DNA of 64,000 nt from Terriglobia bacterium (lineage in GTDB: Bacteria > Acidobacteriota > Terriglobia > 20CM-2-55-15), in NCBI GenBank assembly GCA_965218585.1, contig CBDCLE010000002.1:288001-352000 (forward strand). Direction: 5' to 3'. The first letter of the stretch is position 1, and each line of letters begins with the position of its first letter. Under the pieces are notes generated by a model. The model worked only from the letters and a program-made list of their open reading frames with translations. It made no database searches and was not told the DNA's origin. A program made the translations under genes and the position numbers. Positions 1-7,940 of this stretch are shown here, in pieces.

Positions 1-1950
1 CGTGCCAAAGCCTTCGAAATCTTCGAGGCGGACGGCGGCGCCCAGGGTCCACGCGTCAGCGGGGGCATTCAACTCGATATCGCCGTAGACGGCGACGTTG
101 CCGCGGTTCCAGCTGCCGGAGTTCTCGGGACGGGTGCCGTTGTAGCCGTTCGACCCGGAACTGAACCCCTGCGATGCATAGGGGCCGATGGCCCACGAGT
201 CGGAATCGCCCGCGCCGAGATGGTACTGCTCCCTGCGCCACTCGGCGCCGCCGGCGACGTTGACCATGTCGCTGACGGCATAGGAGAGGTCCAGGTTCAG
301 GCCGACCTCGGTCTGCTGCAGAAGGTTGGGACTGAAGCGGGACGGGCTGTCCGGACCGAGCGACGCGTTGACCGTGTCGAAGATGAACGTGTCGACCGTG
401 TTCCGGCCCCAGCTCACGCTCGTGTCCCAGTTCAGGCCGTTTGCCATGAATCCGCGAAGCCCGGTGACCAGCGACACGTCCTCCACGTCACCGCCGAACT
501 GCGGCGTGAACCCGCCCGGCAGACCGTCTGGCGCTCCCTCGAAGGGCTGATGGAACGTGAAACAGTTCGGATCCGCAGTGACCTGGCCGAAGGCGACCGG
601 GTCCGGCGCATTGTCGATGATGGCGACCTCCGGGCAGTTGGCCGACCCCTGGCCGTTCGCGGCCAACACGTCGCCGACGAGCAACGTGGCTCCACCGTCG
701 CCGCTGAAGACCGAGCCACGCGTGTTCGGGTTCCGGAAATAGAAGCCGCCGGTTACCTTCTTGGTGGCGTAGTTGTTGTGGGCGTACCACTGCAATCCGT
801 TGTCGAACAGGTAACCGAAGTTGCCAAACATCTTGAGGTCGTCTTCGACCTTCGGTGCGCCCCAGACCTGGGCGGGGTTCCGCACGGCCGTGTTGCCGGC
901 GGCCCGCAGCCCCGCTGCATCGTTGCGCTGGATGGCGCGGTTCGTCGGCTCCGCATTACCGTACTCGAGACTGAAGTTCGCGAACCCGTTCTGGCCCAGC
1001 GGCAGTCCGGCATTGCCCGCAAAGGCGTACGCCTGGCCGTAGCCGTCGATGCCGTTGCAGGAGGTGCCGAGTATGCCGCACGTGTTGCCGTCGCCGGTGT
1101 TCTCATCGAAGTGCCGTCCCATCCGGAACTCCATGCTGCCGCCCGAGGCGGCGTCCTTGAGCTGGAAATTCATGACGCCGGCGATGGCGTCCGACCCGTA
1201 CTGTGCCGACGCGCCATCACGGAGCACCTCGACCTGCCGTAGTGCGATCGAAGGGATGACCGAGAGGTCCGGGCCCTGTGAACCGTCGGCGATGCCGTTG
1301 CCGAGCCATGCGATGACGGCGGCCCGGTGGCGGCGCTTGCCGTTCACCAGGACGAGCGTGTGGTCGGGCGCCAGATTACGCAGGTTGGCCGGCCGGATCA
1401 CGGAGGCCGCGTCGCTGATCGGCTGCGTGTTGACGTTGAACGAGGGTACGACAGCCCGCAACTGATTGGTGAAATCAGGGTCCCCCTGGGTGGCGAAGTC
1501 CGCGCTGGAAATGACGTCGACCGGCACGGCCGAACTGGTCACCGACCGGGGCTCGGCGCGGCTGCCGACGACGACCACTTCCTGCACCAGCCCCCCCACC
1601 AGCATCTCGACCTCAAGGGTCACGGTGGCCCCGGCGCTGATCGCCACAGCGTCGCGCGTCAACACGCTGAAGCCGGGGAGGCTGAACACCACATCGTAGG
1701 TGCCCGGCGGAAGCCCGCCGACAGTGTACATGCCAGCGCCATCGCTGACGGCAACGTTGAATGGCCCGTTGGGGGCCGTGCTGGTCACCTCCACGGTCAC
1801 GCCGGGCAACACGGCGCCTGTCACGTCAGTAACTGTTCCGCTAAGGGTTCCGGTCTGCTGGGCGTTGACGTTCGGCGCCAGCAGCAGTGCGGCGCATAAC
1901 CCAAGAATGCCCAGGATCGTTGTTTTCTTACTCAACTGAAAGGACGTCAT
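1..1950 (-). CDS. TonB-dependent receptor with N-terminal carboxypeptidase-regulatory-like domain (partial, runs off window)
   Basis: Manual translation from ATG 1950: MTSFQLSKKTTILGILGLCAALLLAPNVNAQQTGTLSGTVTDVTGAVLPGVTVEV...VVVVGSRAEPRSVTSSAVPVDVIS...LRNLAPDHTLVLVNGKRRH (plug). The same frame reads ...LGAAVRLEDFEGFGT at position 1. GGAG RBS at 1960-1963. Absent from the ORF track, consistent with no stop in the window. Confidence 0.92.
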   Translation of the reverse strand, partial: MTSFQLSKKTTILGILGLCAALLLAPNVNAQQTGTLSGTVTDVTGAVLPGVTVEVTSTAPNGPFNVAVSDGAGMYTVGGLPPGTYDVVFSLPGFSVLTRDAVAISAGATVTLEVEMLVGGLVQEVVVVGSRAEPRSVTSSAVPVDVISSADFATQGDPDFTNQLRAVVPSFNVNTQPISDAASVIRPANLRNLAPDHTLVLVNGKRRHRAAVIAWLGNGIADGSQGPDLSVIPSIALRQVEVLRDGASAQYGSDAIAGVMNFQLKDAASGGSMEFRMGRHFDENTGDGNTCGILGTSCNGIDGYGQAYAFAGNAGLPLGQNGFANFSLEYGNAEPTNRAIQRNDAAGLRAAGNTAVRNPAQVWGAPKVEDDLKMFGNFGYLFDNGLQWYAHNNYATKKVTGGFYFRNPNTRGSVFSGDGGATLLVGDVLAANGQGSANCPEVAIIDNAPDPVAFGQVTADPNCFTFHQPFEGAPDGLPGGFTPQFGGDVEDVSLVTGLRGFMANGLNWDTSVSWGRNTVDTFIFDTVNASLGPDSPSRFSPNLLQQTEVGLNLDLSYAVSDMVNVAGGAEWRREQYHLGAGDSDSWAIGPYASQGFSSGSNGYNGTRPENSGSWNRGNVAVYGDIELNAPADAWTLGAAVRLEDFEGFGT

Positions 1951-2005
1951 GATCGAAATCTCCGGTGATTATATACTTTACACAGAAATAATGCCGATGC
2001 TACAA

Positions 2006-2182
2006 TCATTTCATGGTTGTAGCATCCGTATTTTTATCAGCACTTTCCGGTTGCTCAATCAGCTTATCCAGCTCACGTTTCACGCGCTTTCCGAAGATTT
2101 TCTCAACGATCTCCACGTCGGTCTTCTCGGTGAGATTCTTCGGGAGTCTTCGCTTTCGCTTTCTCTTGGAGTTTTGAGTCAT
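2006..2182 (-). CDS. Small basic protein of the IS1595 element ([17 protein letters not shown]...)
   Basis: ATG shares the CATG palindrome with the transposase ATG; GAGG upstream; present in both copies. Confidence 0.5.
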   Translation of the reverse strand: MTQNSKRKRKRRLPKNLTEKTDVEIVEKIFGKRVKRELDKLIEQPESADKNTDATTMK

Positions 2183-3083
2183 GCCTGACACCGCCTCGTT
2201 GAATCTTGTACGTTTGATTGATCGCTTTCCGAACGAAGAAAAATGCAGGGAGTTTCTTGAAAACCTGCGGTGGCCGAACAGCGTTGGCTGTCCTCGCTGT
2301 GGCGACACATCGCTTTGTGAGATCGCAAGTCGCGACCAATGGGATTGTCTCTCATGCCGCTACCAGTTCAGCGTGACGGCGGGAACGATCATGCACGATT
2401 CCCACCTGCCGCTGAGGAAGTGGTTTCTGGCGATTTATCTCATTCTCGAAGGCAAGAAGGGGATTTCGGCCAACCAGTTGAAGCGCACCATCGGTGTCTC
2501 CTACAAGACAGCCTGGTATCTCTGTCACCGCATCCGCTCCGCGATGGGACATAGCGAACCGGACGGCCCGACGCTGTTTGGGGTGGTCGAGGTCGATGAA
2601 ACCCTGGTCGGCGGCAAGGCCAAAGGCAAGGGGAGCGGCTACAGAGGCAACAAGACTTGGGTGGCCGGCGCGATCCAGCGGGGCGGGAAGGTCCGCCTGG
2701 AGCGGGTTCCAAACATCCGGCGTCACACACTCCATGCTTTCATCCGGCGCAACATCAAGGATGAGGCCGCAGCGATCTATACCGACGAACTGAAGTCTTA
2801 CCTCGGGATCGAGGATCACGACACGCGCCATGAGACCGTCAACCACTCCGCTGAGGAATGGGTTGTCGGCGATGTCCACACCAACAGCATTGAGGGCGTG
2901 TGGAGCCTGTTCAAGCGGTCTATCGTCGGATCGTTCCATAAGATCAGTGCGAAACATCTGGACCGTTATCTTGAGGAACTGGAATGGCGCTTCAACAACC
3001 GCGACAACCCTTACATCTTCCGGGATGCCTTGCGTTTGATCGTCAACGCGGACATGCTCCCCTACAAGGATCTGGTGGCCTAG
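2181..3083 (+). CDS. IS1595 family transposase
   Basis: Zn ribbon CPRC..CLSC, HTH ([19 protein letters not shown]), [37 protein letters not shown] motifs. Confidence 0.96.
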   Translation: MPDTASLNLVRLIDRFPNEEKCREFLENLRWPNSVGCPRCGDTSLCEIASRDQWDCLSCRYQFSVTAGTIMHDSHLPLRKWFLAIYLILEGKKGISANQLKRTIGVSYKTAWYLCHRIRSAMGHSEPDGPTLFGVVEVDETLVGGKAKGKGSGYRGNKTWVAGAIQRGGKVRLERVPNIRRHTLHAFIRRNIKDEAAAIYTDELKSYLGIEDHDTRHETVNHSAEEWVVGDVHTNSIEGVWSLFKRSIVGSFHKISAKHLDRYLEELEWRFNNRDNPYIFRDALRLIVNADMLPYKDLVA

Positions 3084-3313
3084 TCCAGGTTTCTTTCGAG
3101 TTCTTCTTGTCCGTTCCATGTGAGATTGAGAATCTTCAGATTCTTCCCCGATTTCTGGATTTCCAGATAACCCGCTTGGTGACAAAGATCAATATGGTAA
3201 AGAACCTCTATCCGGCTGTATTCCTCATAGCGCGGCGCCGGTAGGGGCTTGCCAGTGGCATTCTCCTCTGCGTAACGCAGAATCATGAGAATCAATTTCT
3301 TATGGCGTTTCAA
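3080..3313 (-). CDS. DUF2513-like winged-helix passenger protein
   Basis: MKR..LI..IL...YHI.LC.QAGYL...LTWNGQEEL pattern typical of DUF2513. Confidence 0.7.
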   Translation of the reverse strand: MKRHKKLILMILRYAEENATGKPLPAPRYEEYSRIEVLYHIDLCHQAGYLEIQKSGKNLKILNLTWNGQEELERNLD

Positions 3314-3332
3314 TAGATCACTCCCTCTTTAC

Positions 3333-3362
3333 TTGACACAAACTTCCTTCCTGCCATAGCCT
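3333..3362 (+). promoter_or_regulatory. sigma70-like promoter inside the IS (TTGACA-18-TAGCCT)
   Basis: Perfect -35 at 3333-3338; TAnnnT -10 at 3357-3362; predicted TSS falls at the base of the long stem at 3368. Confidence 0.5.
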
Positions 3363-3367
3363 TCTTA

Positions 3368-3477
3368 TTGCCAAAACACGTTGCGTGTACGCCCATCGTC
3401 GGGCTGCTCGCTGAATACAACACCCTTCGGGGAAATAGGTGGGGCTCCGCACTACAACGCGCGGCGTGTTTTGGCAA
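3368..3477 (+). ncRNA. Candidate structured leader or small RNA
   Basis: 21-bp closing stem (3368-3388/3457-3477) that is fully paired only if 3 G.U pairs are allowed; encloses a cUUCGg hairpin and a GCCC/GGGC hairpin. Confidence 0.5.
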
Positions 3478-3536
3478 ACTGGCCCGGCGGCCAATGCCGG
3501 TCGCCCGCCAACCAAAGATATGAGAGGAGACACACT

Positions 3537-4052
3537 ATGAATCACAAGAAGCAGCTTACTTTGGTAGCCCTTGTCCTTCTCGCAACGACAGCGTGTTCTT
3601 CGCGGAGAGTGAGCGTGATCATTCCAGCTACACAGCCGTTGTCGGCTTTCTCCGTCTTGGAGGTTGCAGAGATCGACACCAACGTTCCGGACGTCGAGTT
3701 TCAAGTTCCGATCAACATGAGGCAAGAGCTCGTCCAGAAGATATCCGAAATAAGAAGGTTTCGATCCGTCACCCAACAGACCGATGAAACCGAGGGGGTA
3801 TTGCGCTTGGAGAGCACGATCCTCAGCTATGAGAAGGGTTCTCGGGCGAAGCGGTACCTCATCGGATTTGGAACTGGAAAGAGCTATATGACCATGCGCG
3901 GGATCATGATCAACAAGACCACAGGGGAGAAGGTGTTCGAAGGGGACTTCGAAGGAGAGATTTCTGGCGGCTTCCTTGGTGGAAGCTCCAGATCCACCGA
4001 GAACGCCGTGGTTGATGAAGTCCGGGACTACTTCAGGGAAAGATTTCCCTAG
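3537..4052 (+). CDS. DUF4410-like lipoprotein (IS passenger)
   Basis: Lipobox-like LATTAC; EKGSRAKRYLIGFGTGKS motif; GAGGAG RBS. Confidence 0.75.
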   Translation: MNHKKQLTLVALVLLATTACSSRRVSVIIPATQPLSAFSVLEVAEIDTNVPDVEFQVPINMRQELVQKISEIRRFRSVTQQTDETEGVLRLESTILSYEKGSRAKRYLIGFGTGKSYMTMRGIMINKTTGEKVFEGDFEGEISGGFLGGSSRSTENAVVDEVRDYFRERFP

Positions 4053-4184
4053 AAATAGCGACCGTGAAACGGGGGAGAGTTTCATTCTTCTCCCCCGTCA
4101 TGATTCGCCCGCTCGGTATCGCTGGACGGGGCAATTTTTTCAAATTCATACTTTCTTGCGAATTTGAGATCCCTTCCCATTGAT

Positions 4185-4613
4185 TTAGCAAGAAGGAGGG
4201 GGAGCCAAGTTGTACCACTGTTTTGTATCCAGAACAGGAGATGGCACACCCAATGCGTTGAGCCTATCCCTAAGTCTCAGCATTTTTACCTCTGTCTTAG
4301 CTGAGATGTAGTCTCTCCTTATCGAAACGTCGACGAGCAGAGCATCAAGAACTTCTTCAATATCCTCATGGAGAACGTAAAATCGTCCACTCGGAAGCAT
4401 TCTTCTAATCGCGCTCTGCATAGTGACCACGACCCAACCTATAGACAATATCGTCACGCTGATAGCAACAATGGGAAGGAAGGCTCCCACGATTGGAATG
4501 ACCTGCGTCATTTTCGTGGTAGCCCCCTGAAAATCGACCAGTAGGCCACATGAGCCACCCAAAGCAGCGACAGCTTTCCAAGGCGAGAGTTCGCTATTCT
4601 TCCAGCGCGACAT
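4185..4613 (-). CDS. Membrane-anchored passenger protein (possibly frameshifted near 4208)
   Basis: Hydrophobic segment IPIVGAFLPIVAISVTILSIGWVVV; intact here, IS256-interrupted in copy 2. Confidence 0.5.
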   Translation of the reverse strand: MSRWKNSELSPWKAVAALGGSCGLLVDFQGATTKMTQVIPIVGAFLPIVAISVTILSIGWVVVTMQSAIRRMLPSGRFYVLHEDIEEVLDALLVDVSIRRDYISAKTEVKMLRLRDRLNALGVPSPVLDTKQWYNLAPPPSC

Positions 4614-4697
4614 CGGGCCATGCTAACCCCCTGCGTTTTGTGTGTAAAGTATATAATCACCAGTTTTTCAGTCGTTACCAACCTTTCTTCAATCAAC

Positions 4698-6062
4698 GAG
4701 GTCATTACAAAAGGTGTGTAAAAGTCATCAGGCGGCGGCCTTCGATTTCATCACGACTCTGATGCCGTCAGCGAATTGCTGACCATCATAGACCTCTTGT
4801 AAGAGTTCGGATCCTTTTAAGTGTCGCCAAGCCTTCTCAGCGACACGTAGTAGCTTCCAGATCATTGCCGTTGCATTCTCGACACGCTTGAATCGGCGAG
4901 CGGCGTTGGTGCGGAGGCGAACCATGTCGAAGGGCGATTCGACGATGTTGGTTGTTCTCAGATGCACCCAGTGTTGTTTCGGGAACTCATAGAAAGTAAT
5001 CATCCGGTCCCAGTCCCGCAACAGCGTCTCACCCGCTTTGGGATAGTTCTTCTCATATCGGCGGACGAACTGATCCCGCTTTCGTTCGCAGGCCGCGCGG
5101 GAGTTCGCGAAGGCCATCCCATGAAGCAGCTGTCTGGCCGCGGGCTGCTCGGTCTTCGGCAGATGATCGACCACGTTGATCGACTTGTGGTTCCAGCAGC
5201 GTTGTTCCTGGCCCTGGGGCTGTTGCTCGGCCAGCGCGGACCAGATGCCCAGGTGACCGTCCGCGACAGTCAGCCGTCCCAGCTTCAGGCCCCGTCTCTG
5301 GAGATTGCGCAGAATGCGGCTCCAGGACTCCTTGCTTTCCCGCTGCCCGCTCTCACAGGCCAACAGCACTTTGCGCCCGTCTGACAAGGCTCCGATGATC
5401 ACCAGCAATGCCGCTCGCTCTTTCGCGATCCCCGCTTTCACGTACAAGCCGTCTGCCCACTGGTACACGACCTCGAGGCCGGACAGGTCCTGCTGGACCC
5501 ACTCGTCATACTCCAACTGCCAGGTCGATTTCAGTCGTTGGATCGATGCTCGCGACAACGGAGCGCCAGCGCCAAGCAGTCCGCGCATGGCCTGCTCGAA
5601 GTCCCCTGTGGCCAGACCGTGGAGGTAGAGATCGGGAAGTAGCTCGCCCAGCTGTTTCGATTTCCGTCGAAAATACGGCAGGATCTGACTCTCGAACCGC
5701 TCGGCGGTGTTTCAAACCCGAGGTCGTCGAACCTCCATCGTACCGTTCATCATTGCGAAGCGTCGCGGTTTCCCGTGACCGTTCCGGTATCCTCGTCGAT
5801 TCGGACTCCGCTCCAACTTTTCCCGACCCAGAAATTGAGTGACTTCGTCCTCGAGCAGCTCCTGTAGCCAGACTTGGACCCGGGATCGCGCCCAGTCCTC
5901 CAAACCTTCATACGCGTTCGTTGACGCCACTGATGCCGGTATGTTCTTCTTCTTCATGGGTGGTGTACCTTTCTCCCGATTGCTGCCGGGATTGCTTACG
6001 GTTTCGAATTCACCGAAAGCGTACACCGCCTTCTCTTTTTACACACCGATTGGAACGACCTC
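4698..6062 (-). mobile_element. IS256-family element, copy 1
   Basis: IRs GAGGTC(A/G)TT.CAA..GGTGTGTAAAA; 8-bp TSD CAATCAAC (4690-4697 / 6063-6070). Confidence 0.95.
4728..5957 (-). pseudogene. IS256 transposase with nonsense mutation
   Basis: CGA->TGA at 5712-5714 relative to the intact copy at 58207-59436. Confidence 0.9.
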
Positions 6063-6874
6063 CAATCAACGCACAAGCGACGCTGGATGGAACCCAGATG
6101 GGTCTCCAACGGACACTAGCCCGACTGACCTCGGGTCTCAGAATTAACGGAGCTGCAGATGATGCCGCGGGCCTCGCGGTTGCTAATCGGCACAAACTGG
6201 ACAACACCGGTTTGTCCATTGGTATCCGGAGCGCGAATGACGCCATCAGCAAGCTCCAGATCGAAGACGGCGCGCTGACCAACATCGCGTTATTGCTGGA
6301 TCGGGCTCTGACTCTGGCGAGCCAGACCGCTTCAGATACTTTCACCGGTTCCAGATCTACGCTGGATGCCGAGTTCCAGTCCGTGATTTCAGAAATCACG
6401 AAGAACGCGACAGCTGCCGGTGTCGAGACGGGCAACGCGAACCTGAATGCCCGCTCGGTTTTCGTCGGAAACACGACGACAAACACATCGGCCAGCGTCA
6501 CTTACGTTTCGTTCGCGCTGACCTCAGCGGTCGATGGTCAGGGACTTGGCATCAGCACCCAGAACATCACGTCGCAGGCCAATGCAGCCACGGCAATCTC
6601 CAACATTCAGGCTGCCGTTGGAACGCTCGGTACCGTTCAGGGCCGCGTGGGTGCTGCGATGAACCGGTTGAGCTTCGCGATCTCGCAGGCGCAGACAATG
6701 TCTGTCAGTGTGAAGGCGTCGGAGTCTCGAATCCGGGACGCCAATATCGCAGAGGAAGCCGCTGCACTGACGAAGTTTAATATCCTGACCCAGAGTGGTT
6801 TGGCTGCACTGTCGCAGGCGAACCAGTCATCTCAATCCGTCCTGACCCTACTCCGGTAGTCCGTCCTACCCCCA

Positions 6875-6913
6875 CGGGAGCGACCTTTCTCAAACGGCAA
6901 AGCGTCGCTCCCG
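6875..6913 (+). terminator. Hairpin downstream of flagellin
   Basis: CGGGAGCGAC...GTCGCTCCCG inverted repeat just after the stop codon; no U-tract. Confidence 0.4.
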
Positions 6914-6994
6914 ACCTCGGTTCCCTAAGACAATCCAATCTCCCAGCAGCTAAGGCACGAGGGCGGCAGTCACGAAGTCAGGGCTAGGGGTTCA

Positions 6995-7024
6995 TTGACA
7001 CTCCTTTGCCCGGGGACGGATAAT
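6995..7024 (+). promoter_or_regulatory. sigma70-like promoter of the metal efflux operon (TTGACA-18-GATAAT)
   Basis: Near-consensus hexamers upstream of GTG 7034. Confidence 0.55.
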
Positions 7025-7033
7025 GATCGTACT

Positions 7034-7426
7034 GTGCAACCCCCGACTTCCTTCGTAACCGCCGTTGTAGCGCTGGCCGTCCTGTTGTCGACGCTGGCCT
7101 ACGCGCCTTTTTCGCATGTGCATTCCGAAGGGGGATACCACGGCGCGGGAGAAGTACACGGGTTCCAGGTGCATTCCCATCTTCCCGAGGCTCCCGCAGA
7201 AGGGGAAACGCACGAACCGGTCATCGGTGCTTCATCCGACGAGGGCCGTAACGTTGATCTGTTTCTTTCGCTGGCCGGCAAGCCTTTTCCGTTAGCGGAA
7301 TCTGTCGAGTTCTACACGGATGTCAGGCCGCAGTTTGAGACCAAGCAGCGTCAGGGTACCTCCCGACCCGACCGGGCTCGAGATCCCCCTGTTGCGAACG
7401 TGTCCTCCAGAGCCCCCCCTGCCTAG
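7034..7426 (+). CDS. His-rich leader protein ending in RAPPA (DUF2946/CruR-like arrest-peptide candidate)
   Basis: N-terminal hydrophobic segment, HVHSEGGYHGAGEVHGFQVHSH, C-terminal RARDPP...SSRAPPA*; sits upstream of the metal RND operon. Confidence 0.65.
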   Translation: MQPPTSFVTAVVALAVLLSTLAYAPFSHVHSEGGYHGAGEVHGFQVHSHLPEAPAEGETHEPVIGASSDEGRNVDLFLSLAGKPFPLAESVEFYTDVRPQFETKQRQGTSRPDRARDPPVANVSSRAPPA

Positions 7427-7460
7427 ACCTGCCTGCGGCGCGACCGCGCCGATGTGTAGT

Positions 7461-7489
7461 TTCGTGCGTATTGGACGCACGGAGTTTTT
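7461..7489 (+). terminator. Intrinsic terminator/attenuator-like hairpin between the leader ORF and the efflux genes
   Basis: TTCGTGCGT-ATTGG-ACGCACGGA followed by GTTTTT. Confidence 0.55.
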
Positions 7490-7509
7490 CCCCGAACCGA
7501 CGAAGAAGG

Positions 7510-7935
7510 ATGATTGTGAAAATAGTTCCCGCACTGCTTGTTTTGTGCTTCGCGTTTCTAGCAAGCTGTACAACTCCCGTTCCGATCGAAGAAGAAGTTG
7601 AAGCTGAAGTGCTGTCTCGAACTGACTTTACCGACCGGATCGAGAATTTCTTCGAATATGATCCGCTGAGGTCGGGCCAGCCAAGTGCATTCTTGATTCA
7701 CCTGACCGATCTCCTCGACGGTTCTCCCGTGGGCGGGGCGCGCGTTCAATTGCTGGTCCGGTCCGAAGGCAGTCGAAATCAAGTTACGGAGACGACAGCG
7801 CTCGTCGGTCGGGTTACCGGTATTTACGTTGCGGAGTTGGCCGTGCCAAGCCCCGGAACCTATGACATTGAATTCCGGGTTCAGAACGATAGTATCGATG
7901 AGTCGATGACTCTTACCGGGTTTGAGGTCGAGTAA
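7510..7935 (+). CDS. YtkA/FixH-like Ig-fold lipoprotein
   Basis: Lipobox FLASC; FLIHLTDL.DGSPV.GARV and GIYVAEL.VPSPGTY motifs. Confidence 0.7.
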   Translation: MIVKIVPALLVLCFAFLASCTTPVPIEEEVEAEVLSRTDFTDRIENFFEYDPLRSGQPSAFLIHLTDLLDGSPVGGARVQLLVRSEGSRNQVTETTALVGRVTGIYVAELAVPSPGTYDIEFRVQNDSIDESMTLTGFEVE

Positions 7936-7940
7936 GACGC

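Larger units (their letters stand above)
1964..4661 (+). mobile_element. IS1595-family element with passenger genes (ISNwi-like GGnnATTAT ends), copy 1
   Basis: Terminal IRs GGTGATTATATACTTTACACA at 1964 and reverse complement ending 4661. The same sequence occurs inverted at 57671-61741. Flanks (aaatctcc / agtttttc) are not a TSD. Confidence 0.93.
4662..6859 (+). pseudogene. fliC: Flagellin, decapitated by IS1595 and split by IS256
   Basis: 4662-4697 reads SFSVVTNLSSIN and continues after IS256 as AQATLDGTQMGLQRTLARLTSGLRINGAADDAAGLAVAN...SRIRDANIAEEAAALTKFNILTQSGLAALSQANQSSQSVLTLLR. No start codon remains. Confidence 0.93.

Noticed and set aside
220-1939. Long plus-strand ORFs (340 aa, 190 aa and others)
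   Set aside because: Antisense shadows of the minus-strand TonB receptor in GC-rich DNA.
2352-3185. 277-aa ORF antisense to the IS1595 transposase (also 60520-61353)
   Set aside because: Fully overlaps the transposase and has no recognisable motif.
3318-4085. 255-aa minus-strand ORF in the IS cargo
   Set aside because: Shadow of the lipoprotein gene, which has an RBS and a lipobox.
5712-5714. In-frame TGA in the IS256 transposase as possible selenocysteine
   Set aside because: The sister copy has CGA (Arg), so it is a simple nonsense mutation.
5921-6859. 312-aa ORF as an intact flagellin
   Set aside because: Its first ~47 codons are IS256 sequence; the true N-terminus lies at 4662-4697.
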